Shown: positions 30,661-38,821 of the stretch, in pieces
Layout: every line of letters begins with the position of its first letter
How positions within the stretch are numbered: the stretch's first letter is position 1
Origin: a virus
Reading direction: 5' to 3' (one strand)
DNA length: 64,000 nucleotides
Virus record (IMG/VR): IMGVR_UViG_3300032236_000643
Location: 6,411 to 70,410 of that record
Translations under genes and position numbers: made by a program
Notes under the pieces: model-generated
Seen by the model: only the letters and a program-made list of their open reading frames with translations
The model's database searches: none
What the model was told of the DNA's origin: nothing

Positions 30661-31023
30661 ATGACACCCGACACTATTGCTCTCTTCTCAGAATGGGCAC
30701 AGATCTTATCTGTCGCAGCAGCTTTGATCTTCGGGTTATATCGGATACGAAAAGCGTTAGATAGTCGTGACAACGAGTTGGAGAAGCGTCTCCTTGTCGG
30801 TGACATGGAACGTGACCAGATCCTGAAAGAGATCGCTGGTTTTAAGTCTGATTTGCGTAAAGAGTTCAGTGGTAACAGTGGTGGTATGCGTGAAGCGATC
30901 AACCGCATCTCAGATACTGTTGAACGTGTTGATGAGAAAACTCAAGCGTTAGCGGTTGAGGTCGCTGATTTGCGTGGTCGCTTTGAACAGCACGTTGATA
31001 CGGGTCGTTCGATTCGTTCGTAG
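30661..31023 (+). CDS. membrane protein with coiled-coil tail
   Basis: GAGG RBS; one hydrophobic helix; NSGGMREAINRI motif common in actinophage lysis-associated proteins. Confidence 0.65.
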   Translation: MTPDTIALFSEWAQILSVAAALIFGLYRIRKALDSRDNELEKRLLVGDMERDQILKEIAGFKSDLRKEFSGNSGGMREAINRISDTVERVDEKTQALAVEVADLRGRFEQHVDTGRSIRS

Positions 31024-31459
31024 CGTTCTGTGCATGATCGTGCGTATGATTCGTGTATTTTTTGCCAAATCTGAACTGTACTTTTTGTTGTACGAAACGT
31101 ACAGAAACATGTGCAAATATCAGCACATCAGCGGCATCTGATTCGTTGTGCTGATATGAACACATGTGATGTGTAGTGTTCATGGCGTGTGGACTGTACG
31201 GTTGACCGTTTGTCACGTTCAAACGTGTCCATGTGTAAGGTACGCACGGAACCTTACGTATGCTTCTGTGAGCATGTAACTATCGCAGTAGTTGAAAATG
31301 GTCGGTAAAACTACCTTTCAGTAGCGTTTTGGCGTGCTTAACGACCATCCAAAAAGCTCATCCGCGAGCCTCCAAAAAGCTCACGTGTAGCAGCCTGCTA
31401 CACGCCGTAAACAGGAATATCTGTACCGATATTCCTGTTTAACGCGTCTCCTGAAACGC

Positions 31460-31510
31460 AAAAAAGAACCAGAAGCCCCTGCCACGCCCACGAAGGGCAT
31501 GACAGGGGCT
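31460..31510 (-). terminator. intrinsic terminator ending the leftward arm
   Basis: AGCCCCTGTCATGCCC-TTCGT-GGGCGTGGCAGGGGCT followed by a T tract on the minus strand. Confidence 0.65.
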
Positions 31511-31534
31511 CAACAGGTTGAGGGACAGGCAAGA

Positions 31535-31855
31535 CTAAATACCGATACCGTTGACGAACGTTGACGGATCGGTTACATCCATCCGATTAGGAACTAATCG
31601 AGACGGTTGTGATGCTGGCTTCGTTGAGAACTGTGAAGCAGCTGGACTTGGAACGGTCAACGGACCGTGTCCTGGTTGGCCACTGTTGAACCAGGCTGCG
31701 ACGAGCCGGATGCTATCGAACAGTGTCAAGACACGCGTGAGAATTCCTGCTGCTTGCGAGAACTGGTCAAAAGTTCTGATTGTTTCAGCAGATGCTGTTG
31801 TAGCGTATGCAAATCCCGATAGGGCGATTGCTGTTGCCATAATGAGAAATACCAT
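31535..31855 (-). CDS. hypothetical protein with signal/membrane N-terminus
   Basis: AAGGTGG RBS; hydrophobic N-terminus; overlaps the upstream ORF by 130 nt. Confidence 0.45.
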   Translation of the reverse strand: MVFLIMATAIALSGFAYATTASAETIRTFDQFSQAAGILTRVLTLFDSIRLVAAWFNSGQPGHGPLTVPSPAASQFSTKPASQPSRLVPNRMDVTDPSTFVNGIGI

Positions 31856-32847
31856 GCCTGATCGTCCACCTTAATCAATTCATCGTTGTGTGACAGGTTG
31901 TAGAGGTCTTGTAGACCGTTGAGGTAGCGGTGCACTGCGTAGTCCCACACGTAGTGGTAGTCGGACTCTAAGATATGGTCGGGGACTGTGAACATGCCGT
32001 CGTAGATAGCATCTCTTAGAGCCATATAGTCCAAAAAGAACCGTCGATCGTCGCTACCACATTCACACGTCGCTGTGTGAACAGGCCAGTCGCATGGGCA
32101 CTCGCCTGTGAATTGACATGACGCTTGTGTGTTTAAAACAACGATGTCGCAACTCTCGTCACGACTAATGCGTATTTTTTGTTTTTCTTCACGCGTCTCA
32201 GGCGGACAATGACAAGCAGCCCGCTCTGTTCCGATGTTTTCTTCTGACTCGTCGGCGATCCAACCATTCCATGTTTCTTCATTGACGTTGAGCGTCCACG
32301 GTGATCGGTTGACACGGTTCGCGTAACTGATGAGTGATGAAATGGATGTTGCTGCATCGTCAGATAACGGTGTCAGTAGGTATGTTGGAGCGTATGACGT
32401 TAAATCGTCCATCGTTTCGCAACAACTTGACTCGTGTGCAATGGACTGATTTGGGTAAACCATGTTCACAAGTTGTGGGGTTTCCACCGTGTAACCATGC
32501 GAGCCGAACCATGCTGATTTTCCGCGTATTGCCACGGGCGGTCCCGCAACCTGACGGCCTTCCGCTTCCGCATGGTCTAAATCTTCCCGCGCCCAAGCGT
32601 ATAACTGACCATTTTCATCGAACACGGACCACCAGCGAACAACAGCTGGTGCGAACCATACTTCGTTAAAATAATATCGATCATCGCCATGACCGACAGT
32701 GACGTAAAAGGAGTAACCTTTTTCTTCAGTCTCGTACAAGGCAGGTAGTAATGCGTATCCTGACGCCCCAGGGGACGTCAGGTGCGCATTCATACCACTG
32801 TCAGGAAGAAGGTTGATCACGTCACGGCTGCGATACCACGGGTTCAC
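31726..32847 (-). CDS. hypothetical protein (acidic, Cys-containing)
   Basis: 373-aa ORF; GTGA overlap with the upstream gene. Confidence 0.65.
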   Translation of the reverse strand: MNPWYRSRDVINLLPDSGMNAHLTSPGASGYALLPALYETEEKGYSFYVTVGHGDDRYYFNEVWFAPAVVRWWSVFDENGQLYAWAREDLDHAEAEGRQVAGPPVAIRGKSAWFGSHGYTVETPQLVNMVYPNQSIAHESSCCETMDDLTSYAPTYLLTPLSDDAATSISSLISYANRVNRSPWTLNVNEETWNGWIADESEENIGTERAACHCPPETREEKQKIRISRDESCDIVVLNTQASCQFTGECPCDWPVHTATCECGSDDRRFFLDYMALRDAIYDGMFTVPDHILESDYHYVWDYAVHRYLNGLQDLYNLSHNDELIKVDDQAWYFSLWQQQSPYRDLHTLQQHLLKQSELLTSSRKQQEFSRVS

Positions 32848-33797
32848 CGGTTGGAACGCTTTGCACGAGACTTGTTCGCTGATGAACCGTGGACCTTTTT
32901 CACCTCGTCCATGATCTTGTCGGCCTCAACGCGCAACGGATCAACAGCGTCCTCGGCAACCTGCTCAGTAACACCATTAGCCGATACCTTGAAATCGCTC
33001 GTCTTGTTCGCGTTCTTCTTGACAACGATGTTCACTGTCGTGTCTTCAGCAGAAGCCTTGAAGTCGCGTGCTCCGCGTGCCCATGACGAATCAGAAAGCA
33101 AATTGTATGCGGTGAACGCGAGGAAGATGGTGGCTACGACGGCGAGTGGTGCGTAGCCTGTTCCGGAGAGTTGCCTGACGGTCTTTCCGTAAACTGGGAT
33201 CTTGCACGCGACGCTGATGACGGGACCGCACACGCGGTTCACGTAGGGCGTGTACTTACCGATTTGTAGTAAGTAACCAGCGTAGGCGGCGTTTGAGGTC
33301 CAGCGAAGGGTACTGTCCGCGCGGGTTGCTGCGGATAACCGCCAGAACGCGTTCTCAACAGTGTCACCGATCGCGTTCACGCCGCTTTCGTAGCCGCGGA
33401 AGAATGCAACGAATCTTTCATCATCGTTGATAGCTTGTTCTTCTGTCTTCTGACCGCAGGCGACTTGTTCATCATTGTGACGCACCCACATGTCTTCAAG
33501 TTTGTTGTTTGGCGCGTGAGCGGCTTTGCGCGTGTTACGGCCAACGAACCGCGCACCTGCTTCAACTTTCTTCAGACCACTGTTGATGAGGTTTTTGTCG
33601 GATAGTACGCCGAGCAACAAGATTCGCCCTGAGGTTGATCGTGCGAACGAATCAACTTGACTGGTACGTGCCTTAACGAACGTGGGTACGCGGTGAGCGT
33701 CAGCTGCGATGTCTCCGGCCGTGGACTTAACCACCGTGTTTGCCTTGTTGAGGATGGTTGACAGTTGCGGGCGTGCGAGCGTGAACGTGATGGACAT
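32844..33797 (-). CDS. hypothetical membrane protein
   Basis: Start at MSITFTL after GGAAGGGA; hydrophobic segment LAVVATIFLAFTAY. Confidence 0.7.
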   Translation of the reverse strand: MSITFTLARPQLSTILNKANTVVKSTAGDIAADAHRVPTFVKARTSQVDSFARSTSGRILLLGVLSDKNLINSGLKKVEAGARFVGRNTRKAAHAPNNKLEDMWVRHNDEQVACGQKTEEQAINDDERFVAFFRGYESGVNAIGDTVENAFWRLSAATRADSTLRWTSNAAYAGYLLQIGKYTPYVNRVCGPVISVACKIPVYGKTVRQLSGTGYAPLAVVATIFLAFTAYNLLSDSSWARGARDFKASAEDTTVNIVVKKNANKTSDFKVSANGVTEQVAEDAVDPLRVEADKIMDEVKKVHGSSANKSRAKRSNR

Positions 33798-34056
33798 GAT
33801 GTCCCTTCCTGTTTGTGTGGGCGGAGGTGGATGTCCCAAAACTCCACAAGCCACACCAAGAATGTTGGTGTGGCTTGTGCAATCGGGGGGCGTGTGTAAA
33901 GACAGGGCACTCGCCTGGGCCAAGGTGACGAGTGCCCTGTCTTATGGGGATGCTGTGTTGCGCAGGTACGCCTAACGCTAGAAAGGAGGCGCGTATCGTG
34001 AGCGTCCTTGACTGTGAAATGCAGACAGCTTTCACGCAGCACAGCGACGCATTATG

Positions 34057-34087
34057 AAAAACCCCCTACCTGATTGGTAAGGGGGTT
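34057..34087 (-). terminator. intrinsic terminator
   Basis: AACCCCCTTACC-AATCA-GGTAGGGGGTTTTT. Confidence 0.7.
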
Positions 34088-34192
34088 AGGTCTTGCACGA
34101 GGTTTCTTGCTCAGTGTTACGTCTTATATCCCTAACGTGCTGCGGGATGAGGTCTTAATTTTGAGCAGGAGGTGTTTCGTGCTGATGTATTA

Positions 34193-34222
34193 ATTATACA
34201 TCTGAAAGTGCTTCTGCTGCAA
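34193..34222 (-). promoter_or_regulatory. sigma-A-like promoter
   Basis: TTGCAG-18 nt-TATAAT. Confidence 0.6.
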
Positions 34223-34232
34223 GGGTTTTCGG

Positions 34233-34595
34233 TCAACACTCCGAGCCAAAAGACATGGCATGCATATACACAACGGCAGCGAACCCTAGTGCACTACGAA
34301 CGTCCATAGCACTCGCCTTGTCTGAGCAAAACGCTCTGATGCCTTTAGAACTATATGGGTCGTCACCAAGTTCAATCATGACTGGAGGGTTGCAACCATC
34401 AAACCCAAGTGAGTCGATGACAACGAAGTGTGGAAGGCCGGGGGCTTTCTTAGATATGACACCTTCGATGTTGTGGATTTCTCTGATCCACAATGTTCCG
34501 AGCAAATACCGCTCGTCTTTGGGGTATGCCGCGACGATGACGTAGTACTTGCCGAACGCGAGACTGTCTTCACTGTGTTCGTGTTTAACCGACAT
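34233..34595 (-). CDS. hypothetical protein
   Basis: ORF in the leftward operon; start uncertain. Confidence 0.55.
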   Translation of the reverse strand: MSVKHEHSEDSLAFGKYYVIVAAYPKDERYLLGTLWIREIHNIEGVISKKAPGLPHFVVIDSLGFDGCNPPVMIELGDDPYSSKGIRAFCSDKASAMDVRSALGFAAVVYMHAMSFGSEC

Positions 34596-34977
34596 AGATG
34601 TCACCTACTGACAAGAACGACATGAACTTCACGTACTCGTCAGGAACGGTGATCACGTCATCGCAACCAACACACTCAAGTGTCATTTCTTTCGTTCTGA
34701 ACGAAACGTACCCATACGGAAGACGTGCCGGCTTCGCTGGCTTAGGGAAGAACCAATGCCAGAAACGTGTTAACGCTGACTCGGGTTTCTCTTGTGCTCG
34801 CATCATGTCTGCAACGTGCGAAGCGGACACATACTTTATTGGTGCAAAAAGCAATAGTTCGTTGCTACCGCAGCTGGGGCACGCGAGCATGAACGAATCA
34901 TCAGAGATAAACACTGATGCTGTGTTGAGTTCACGGGGCGTGAGGTAGTGCGTGATGTCCCATTCTTGTTCTGACAT
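34585..34977 (-). CDS. hypothetical protein with two CxxC motifs
   Basis: AAGGAG RBS; CPSC and CVGC. Confidence 0.7.
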   Translation of the reverse strand: MSEQEWDITHYLTPRELNTASVFISDDSFMLACPSCGSNELLLFAPIKYVSASHVADMMRAQEKPESALTRFWHWFFPKPAKPARLPYGYVSFRTKEMTLECVGCDDVITVPDEYVKFMSFLSVGDIYVG

Positions 34978-35009
34978 GATGTTTGCTCCTTCGTGTGGTT
35001 ACGGGCGGT

Positions 35010-35183
35010 TTATTTGATGAGTTCGAGCAACTGACGTGCGCAGTCGCAGTCAAGGATGTGTTCTTTGGTGACTGGTATGGGGAAGATGCTGCGGTGTTTC
35101 TCGCAGTCCCAGTCGTGATTGATTTTTGCTTCATCAATCGACGAGTAGAGAGCTAGATATTCTTTGACTTTGTACTCGGCCAT
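35010..35183 (-). CDS. small hypothetical protein (57 aa)
   Basis: Read manually; AGGAG RBS; MAEYKVKEY... Confidence 0.55.
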   Translation of the reverse strand: MAEYKVKEYLALYSSIDEAKINHDWDCEKHRSIFPIPVTKEHILDCDCARQLLELIK

Positions 35184-35192
35184 GCTGCTCTC

Positions 35193-35309
35193 CTAGTGCG
35201 GGTAGGTGAGGCCGTCGATGAACGAGATCGCGGCGATGACAGTTGGCGTGAGTACCCAGGCGAGAACTGTGACGCCTCGATCTGTGAGCCGGATGGGTCG
35301 GCGGTTCAT
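35193..35309 (-). CDS. small membrane protein (38 aa)
   Basis: Read manually; AAGGAG RBS; RLTDRG followed by a hydrophobic helix. Confidence 0.6.
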   Translation of the reverse strand: MNRRPIRLTDRGVTVLAWVLTPTVIAAISFIDGLTYPH

Positions 35310-35339
35310 TGTTTGCTCCTTTGTGTGGTTACGGGCAAT

Positions 35340-35371
35340 AAAAAAAGTCCCAACCTGTTTGGTTGGAACTT
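35340..35371 (-). terminator. intrinsic terminator
   Basis: AGTTCCAACC-AAACA-GGTTGGGACT followed by TTTTTT. Confidence 0.75.
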
Positions 35372-35474
35372 GGTTTTCTTACTGACGATTCGCACCTCGG
35401 AACCACTCTGGGTTCGTCTTCGTGTGTGAATCTGGGTGGAAAGTGAGCACAGTGCGTCCTTTTCACTTACCTTT

Positions 35475-35504
35475 AGTATACGTGACTCTGTGTAATTATG
35501 TCAA
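35475..35504 (-). promoter_or_regulatory. sigma-A-like promoter
   Basis: TTGACA-18 nt-TATACT. Confidence 0.75.
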
Positions 35505-35605
35505 CGATTTTTGTTACTGGGAGTAGTGATTTCGGCGTTTGTGTAAGGAAAGGGTGACAGTAGCAAGGGGTGGGTTACTGCCACCCTTTCCAGCACACGG
35601 GACGC

Positions 35606-36445
35606 CTACATCAATCCACGCTTACGCGCCCAATCAAGAACATGAGCAGCAGCAAGCCGATTAGCACCCCAATGTGGTGCTTTCGCCCATGACTTCAAAT
35701 CCAGCCACAACGACGCGTCCACATCGTCAACAGGTGACGGTGTAGGAGCAGGTGGGGTGGGAACTGGCGTAGGCGCTGGTTTCGTAACAGGAACAAAAAC
35801 GGTTACGTCACCTTGTTCGGCCAGTAATCGTTGCAAGGTTGCATACGACATGTAGCCACGACCATTAATACCCCACGATGAGCCCCATGAGTTAGTGAAA
35901 CCAACACGACCGTTCGCCGTATCAATCTCATCAAGCACGTACTCGTGACCACCTTGAACCGTTGAACCCGGATCAATCGAAATCTCACCATTGGTTGACG
36001 GGTTAAAGAACGAGTCATACCAAACCGTTCCAATGATGACTGGCTGATTCGTCAGAGCTTTAAGGCAATCCGTGAACGTGAACGTGTGCTGATAACCACT
36101 AATCAGACCGCGCGACTTCAGCACCTTCGCGATACTTAAACCATCCGATCCAGTGTCATCAGGTGGATATTGTCCTGGTGCGCTGTCAATGACAGTTGCT
36201 GCGGAATACAAATCAACAGCAGCTGCTTCATCTAGTTTCGTACCAGTGGGAAGTGTTGCGTAGAACGGATCAGTGGACAGGCAGCCGATACCAGCATTAC
36301 CAGTGCACGAGCCAAGGTTGCCTTGGTCAAATACTGGTACTTCACGCTTCCAACGCACAGACGTTACCTGCGTACCTGTCGTGTCGTACGCGTAGTTGAA
36401 TGATCGTGGATCGTGGTTAACGTTCCGACCGAGCGTGTACACCAT
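35606..36445 (-). CDS. papain-like (C1) cysteine protease
   Basis: DQGNLGSCTG (Cys), GGHEY (His) and NSWGSSWG (Asn) catalytic motifs. Confidence 0.85.
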   Translation of the reverse strand: MVYTLGRNVNHDPRSFNYAYDTTGTQVTSVRWKREVPVFDQGNLGSCTGNAGIGCLSTDPFYATLPTGTKLDEAAAVDLYSAATVIDSAPGQYPPDDTGSDGLSIAKVLKSRGLISGYQHTFTFTDCLKALTNQPVIIGTVWYDSFFNPSTNGEISIDPGSTVQGGHEYVLDEIDTANGRVGFTNSWGSSWGINGRGYMSYATLQRLLAEQGDVTVFVPVTKPAPTPVPTPPAPTPSPVDDVDASLWLDLKSWAKAPHWGANRLAAAHVLDWARKRGLM

Positions 36446-36446
36446 T

Positions 36447-37328
36447 TTAGTAACCTGCCATCGTGAGTGCGGATGCGAGTGATTTAGAAAAACCGGTGGA
36501 TGTGTATGTCGCACCTGAAATAGCAGCAATGTTTGCTGTGTTACCAACGATGGCCTCGTAGATCATCGTTGGATTGGTCGGATCATTGTTGAGCCCGGCC
36601 ATCGTTGCAACGTTGTACTTAAGAATGTTTTTACTTGTGGAGTCCGTAGGTGCAAGCGGCGTCGCAAATGTGATCGCCGTGATCTTGCCGCCTGTGATCG
36701 TTGCTCCAACTTGAACTGAATAGGTTTCGTTCGCATCAGGAATGAAAACTGTTTGCACAGATCCTGCGTACGTTCCGTCAACGACAGTTTTCTGCGTTAC
36801 AGACGGTGTAGGAGTGGGCGTGGACGTTACAACAGGTGATGGAGTGGGTGTGACGGTTGCAGCCGGATTAACAACGGCCTTAGCTGTTACCTTCGCATTA
36901 TTCTGCTGGTCCTTAAGAATCGTGGTTGTACACGTGTACTTCCACGATTCACCAACGCTGAGCTGCTTGTCAGAATTCGTATCACCGGTCTGGAAAACAA
37001 CATTCGAGCACTTGTCATCCGTCACGTTCACGTTAGTAAACGACGTGTCGGACGAGAGGTTAGAAACCGTATACGAATACGTAATCTTTGACCCCGGCGT
37101 CACCGTGACGGGTGAAACACTGGTTGTGAGCGACAGTTGGGGCGACCTCGCGTACGCCCAAGTCCCCGCTGAGGCTTCTACCTGAACGGGAGTGTCCAGA
37201 TTTGTGTCTGGTGGTAATGGTGCTGACGGATCAGCTAACGCTGAGTGCATTAAGTTGTAGGACAGGAGCGCGCCGAAACCAACAGTCGTACCTACTACTG
37301 CTGATACGGCGCGCCCCACGTTTGACAT
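36447..37328 (-). CDS. exported Ig-like (DUF11-type) plus FMN-binding domain protein
   Basis: N-terminal hydrophobic segment; ITYSYTVSN..V.VTDD; Pro/Thr linker; DGTYAGS..GGKITAI..ISGATYTS. Confidence 0.78.
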   Translation of the reverse strand: MSNVGRAVSAVVGTTVGFGALLSYNLMHSALADPSAPLPPDTNLDTPVQVEASAGTWAYARSPQLSLTTSVSPVTVTPGSKITYSYTVSNLSSDTSFTNVNVTDDKCSNVVFQTGDTNSDKQLSVGESWKYTCTTTILKDQQNNAKVTAKAVVNPAATVTPTPSPVVTSTPTPTPSVTQKTVVDGTYAGSVQTVFIPDANETYSVQVGATITGGKITAITFATPLAPTDSTSKNILKYNVATMAGLNNDPTNPTMIYEAIVGNTANIAAISGATYTSTGFSKSLASALTMAGY

Positions 37329-37434
37329 ACCTTTTCCGCTCACGGTGACCCTTCTTAAACGTGTGTTGACGCTTATTATTGTCCCATTAAGCGGAATCAT
37401 AACCAATGATGCGCGTTATATTCGAGTGTTTCTC

Positions 37435-37857
37435 TTAAGTTCCGTAGCCACAGTGAGTGCCCCACCACGCCCGTTGCGCATGTTTGTAGTACACGTTGTA
37501 CGCAAATACAGCGACCTGTACTTTGGCTGGGGCGTACATCGCTTTACGGTACTGAGTGCCGATGTGGGCTCGTTGAGCGTGAACACGCCATGTTGAGTCA
37601 AGGTACTGAAACGCTCCAGACGCGCCTGAGCCGGACCACTGGTTCAGCGCAGTCCATAATCCGGCGTTCCATGATTCATGATGCGCTACGCACAATCCGA
37701 ATGTGTGCACCCACTTTGGGTAATGCGACCATACGCTCATCGTTGAATTCCATGAACGCTGCGTTGAAACGGACGTGGCATGAATTGGTGTATGCGTTGG
37801 TGCTTGAACGGGTGAAAGTGTGAGTGTTGCTGCCATAAGTAAGTTTGTGATGAACAT
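37435..37857 (-). CDS. Rpf-like secreted lytic transglycosylase
   Basis: Signal peptide; CVAHHES..ASGAFQYLDSTW..AP..Q..AW lysozyme-like motifs; AAGGA RBS. Confidence 0.78.
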   Translation of the reverse strand: MFITNLLMAATLTLSPVQAPTHTPIHATSVSTQRSWNSTMSVWSHYPKWVHTFGLCVAHHESWNAGLWTALNQWSGSGASGAFQYLDSTWRVHAQRAHIGTQYRKAMYAPAKVQVAVFAYNVYYKHAQRAWWGTHCGYGT

Positions 37858-37880
37858 TTGAGTCCTTGTCTGTGTTGTAG

Positions 37881-37923
37881 AAAAGGGAAAACCCCAGCAG
37901 CCAGGGGGAGCTGCTGGGGTTTT
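37881..37923 (-). terminator. intrinsic terminator in the leader of the Rpf-like gene
   Basis: AAAACCCCAGCAGC/GCTGCTGGGGTTTT 14-bp stem followed by CCCTTTT. Confidence 0.7.
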
Positions 37924-38037
37924 ACCCACACACGCCGAAAGGGCGGCGACAAGTAATACGCAACTCACCCCTGTTAACGCTTAGGGAACCGGGGCTATCG
38001 GTATTCACATGTCGCTTAATTGTATCACAATGCGTAT

Positions 38038-38445
38038 TTATGCTCTGTGATGTGTGTTGATGGCGTGTTCAGATCGCATTCGCGCATCTTTAGTCACTGT
38101 TGGTGCTGTTGTGACCTTGCTTTCGTTCCATAGCGTTTCAATGTTCTTCTCTGTACGAGCTACAGCGTCTAAACACAACGCGTACTGAACGATGCCAACG
38201 ATGTTGTCTCGTGTGTGTTCGTTTGTTTCAGCGACAAGTTTGAGTGCGATCAACGCAATCGAAATGTCTTCAGGTTTGACGTGCCATGCGAACAACGCAC
38301 TCCACACTTCTGCGATACGCGTGTGATAGTCACTGGGATGGTCTGAGAGAGTTCGAATGTTGTCGTGATTGACGAGACTGAGTGCTTCATCGGCAATCGT
38401 CGGGTCTATGTCCTCACGAACATAGATGGATGATCTAAGAGACAT
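38038..38445 (-). CDS. DUF6378-like protein
   Basis: EALSLV..RIAEVWSA..LK..DNIV..YA pattern. Confidence 0.6.
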   Translation of the reverse strand: MSLRSSIYVREDIDPTIADEALSLVNHDNIRTLSDHPSDYHTRIAEVWSALFAWHVKPEDISIALIALKLVAETNEHTRDNIVGIVQYALCLDAVARTEKNIETLWNESKVTTAPTVTKDARMRSEHAINTHHRA

Positions 38446-38475
38446 GTGTTCTCCTGGTTACTGGTCGGATGAGGA

Positions 38476-38814
38476 TCATCCCCATTTCCGTTCCCATTCG
38501 TTGAAAATTTCTTGCTTACCTGACGGTGTGATGACGTGAACTAGTTGTAATCGTCCGGATGATCCACGTCGACTTTCTCCGTTGTGTTCGATGTGTTCAA
38601 GGCGCAGTAGATCGGACACACGCTTATACGCTTGTTCCTTGACGTATTGGCATTCCACAGCTGCTTGTTCAGCAGTTAAGCCACGCTCACCTGCTTTTAA
38701 GAACGCCCGGAGCAACGTTGATGTCATTGCAGTTTTAGCGTTGGTTTGTGCTGCTGCTGCGTGAGAGGTGAAAGGATCTGTTTTCCGCGCGTTGTAGAAC
38801 AACTGGTCCGTCAT
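38476..38814 (-). CDS. winged helix-turn-helix protein
   Basis: ARKTDPFTSHAAA and KRVSDL motifs. Confidence 0.7.
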   Translation of the reverse strand: MTDQLFYNARKTDPFTSHAAAAQTNAKTAMTSTLLRAFLKAGERGLTAEQAAVECQYVKEQAYKRVSDLLRLEHIEHNGESRRGSSGRLQLVHVITPSGKQEIFNEWERKWG

Positions 38815-38821
38815 CGCAATC

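Noticed and set aside
37960-38000. c-di-AMP (ydaO) riboswitch upstream of the Rpf-like gene
   Set aside because: The GGAACCGGGG resemblance is on the wrong strand and the rest of the consensus is missing.
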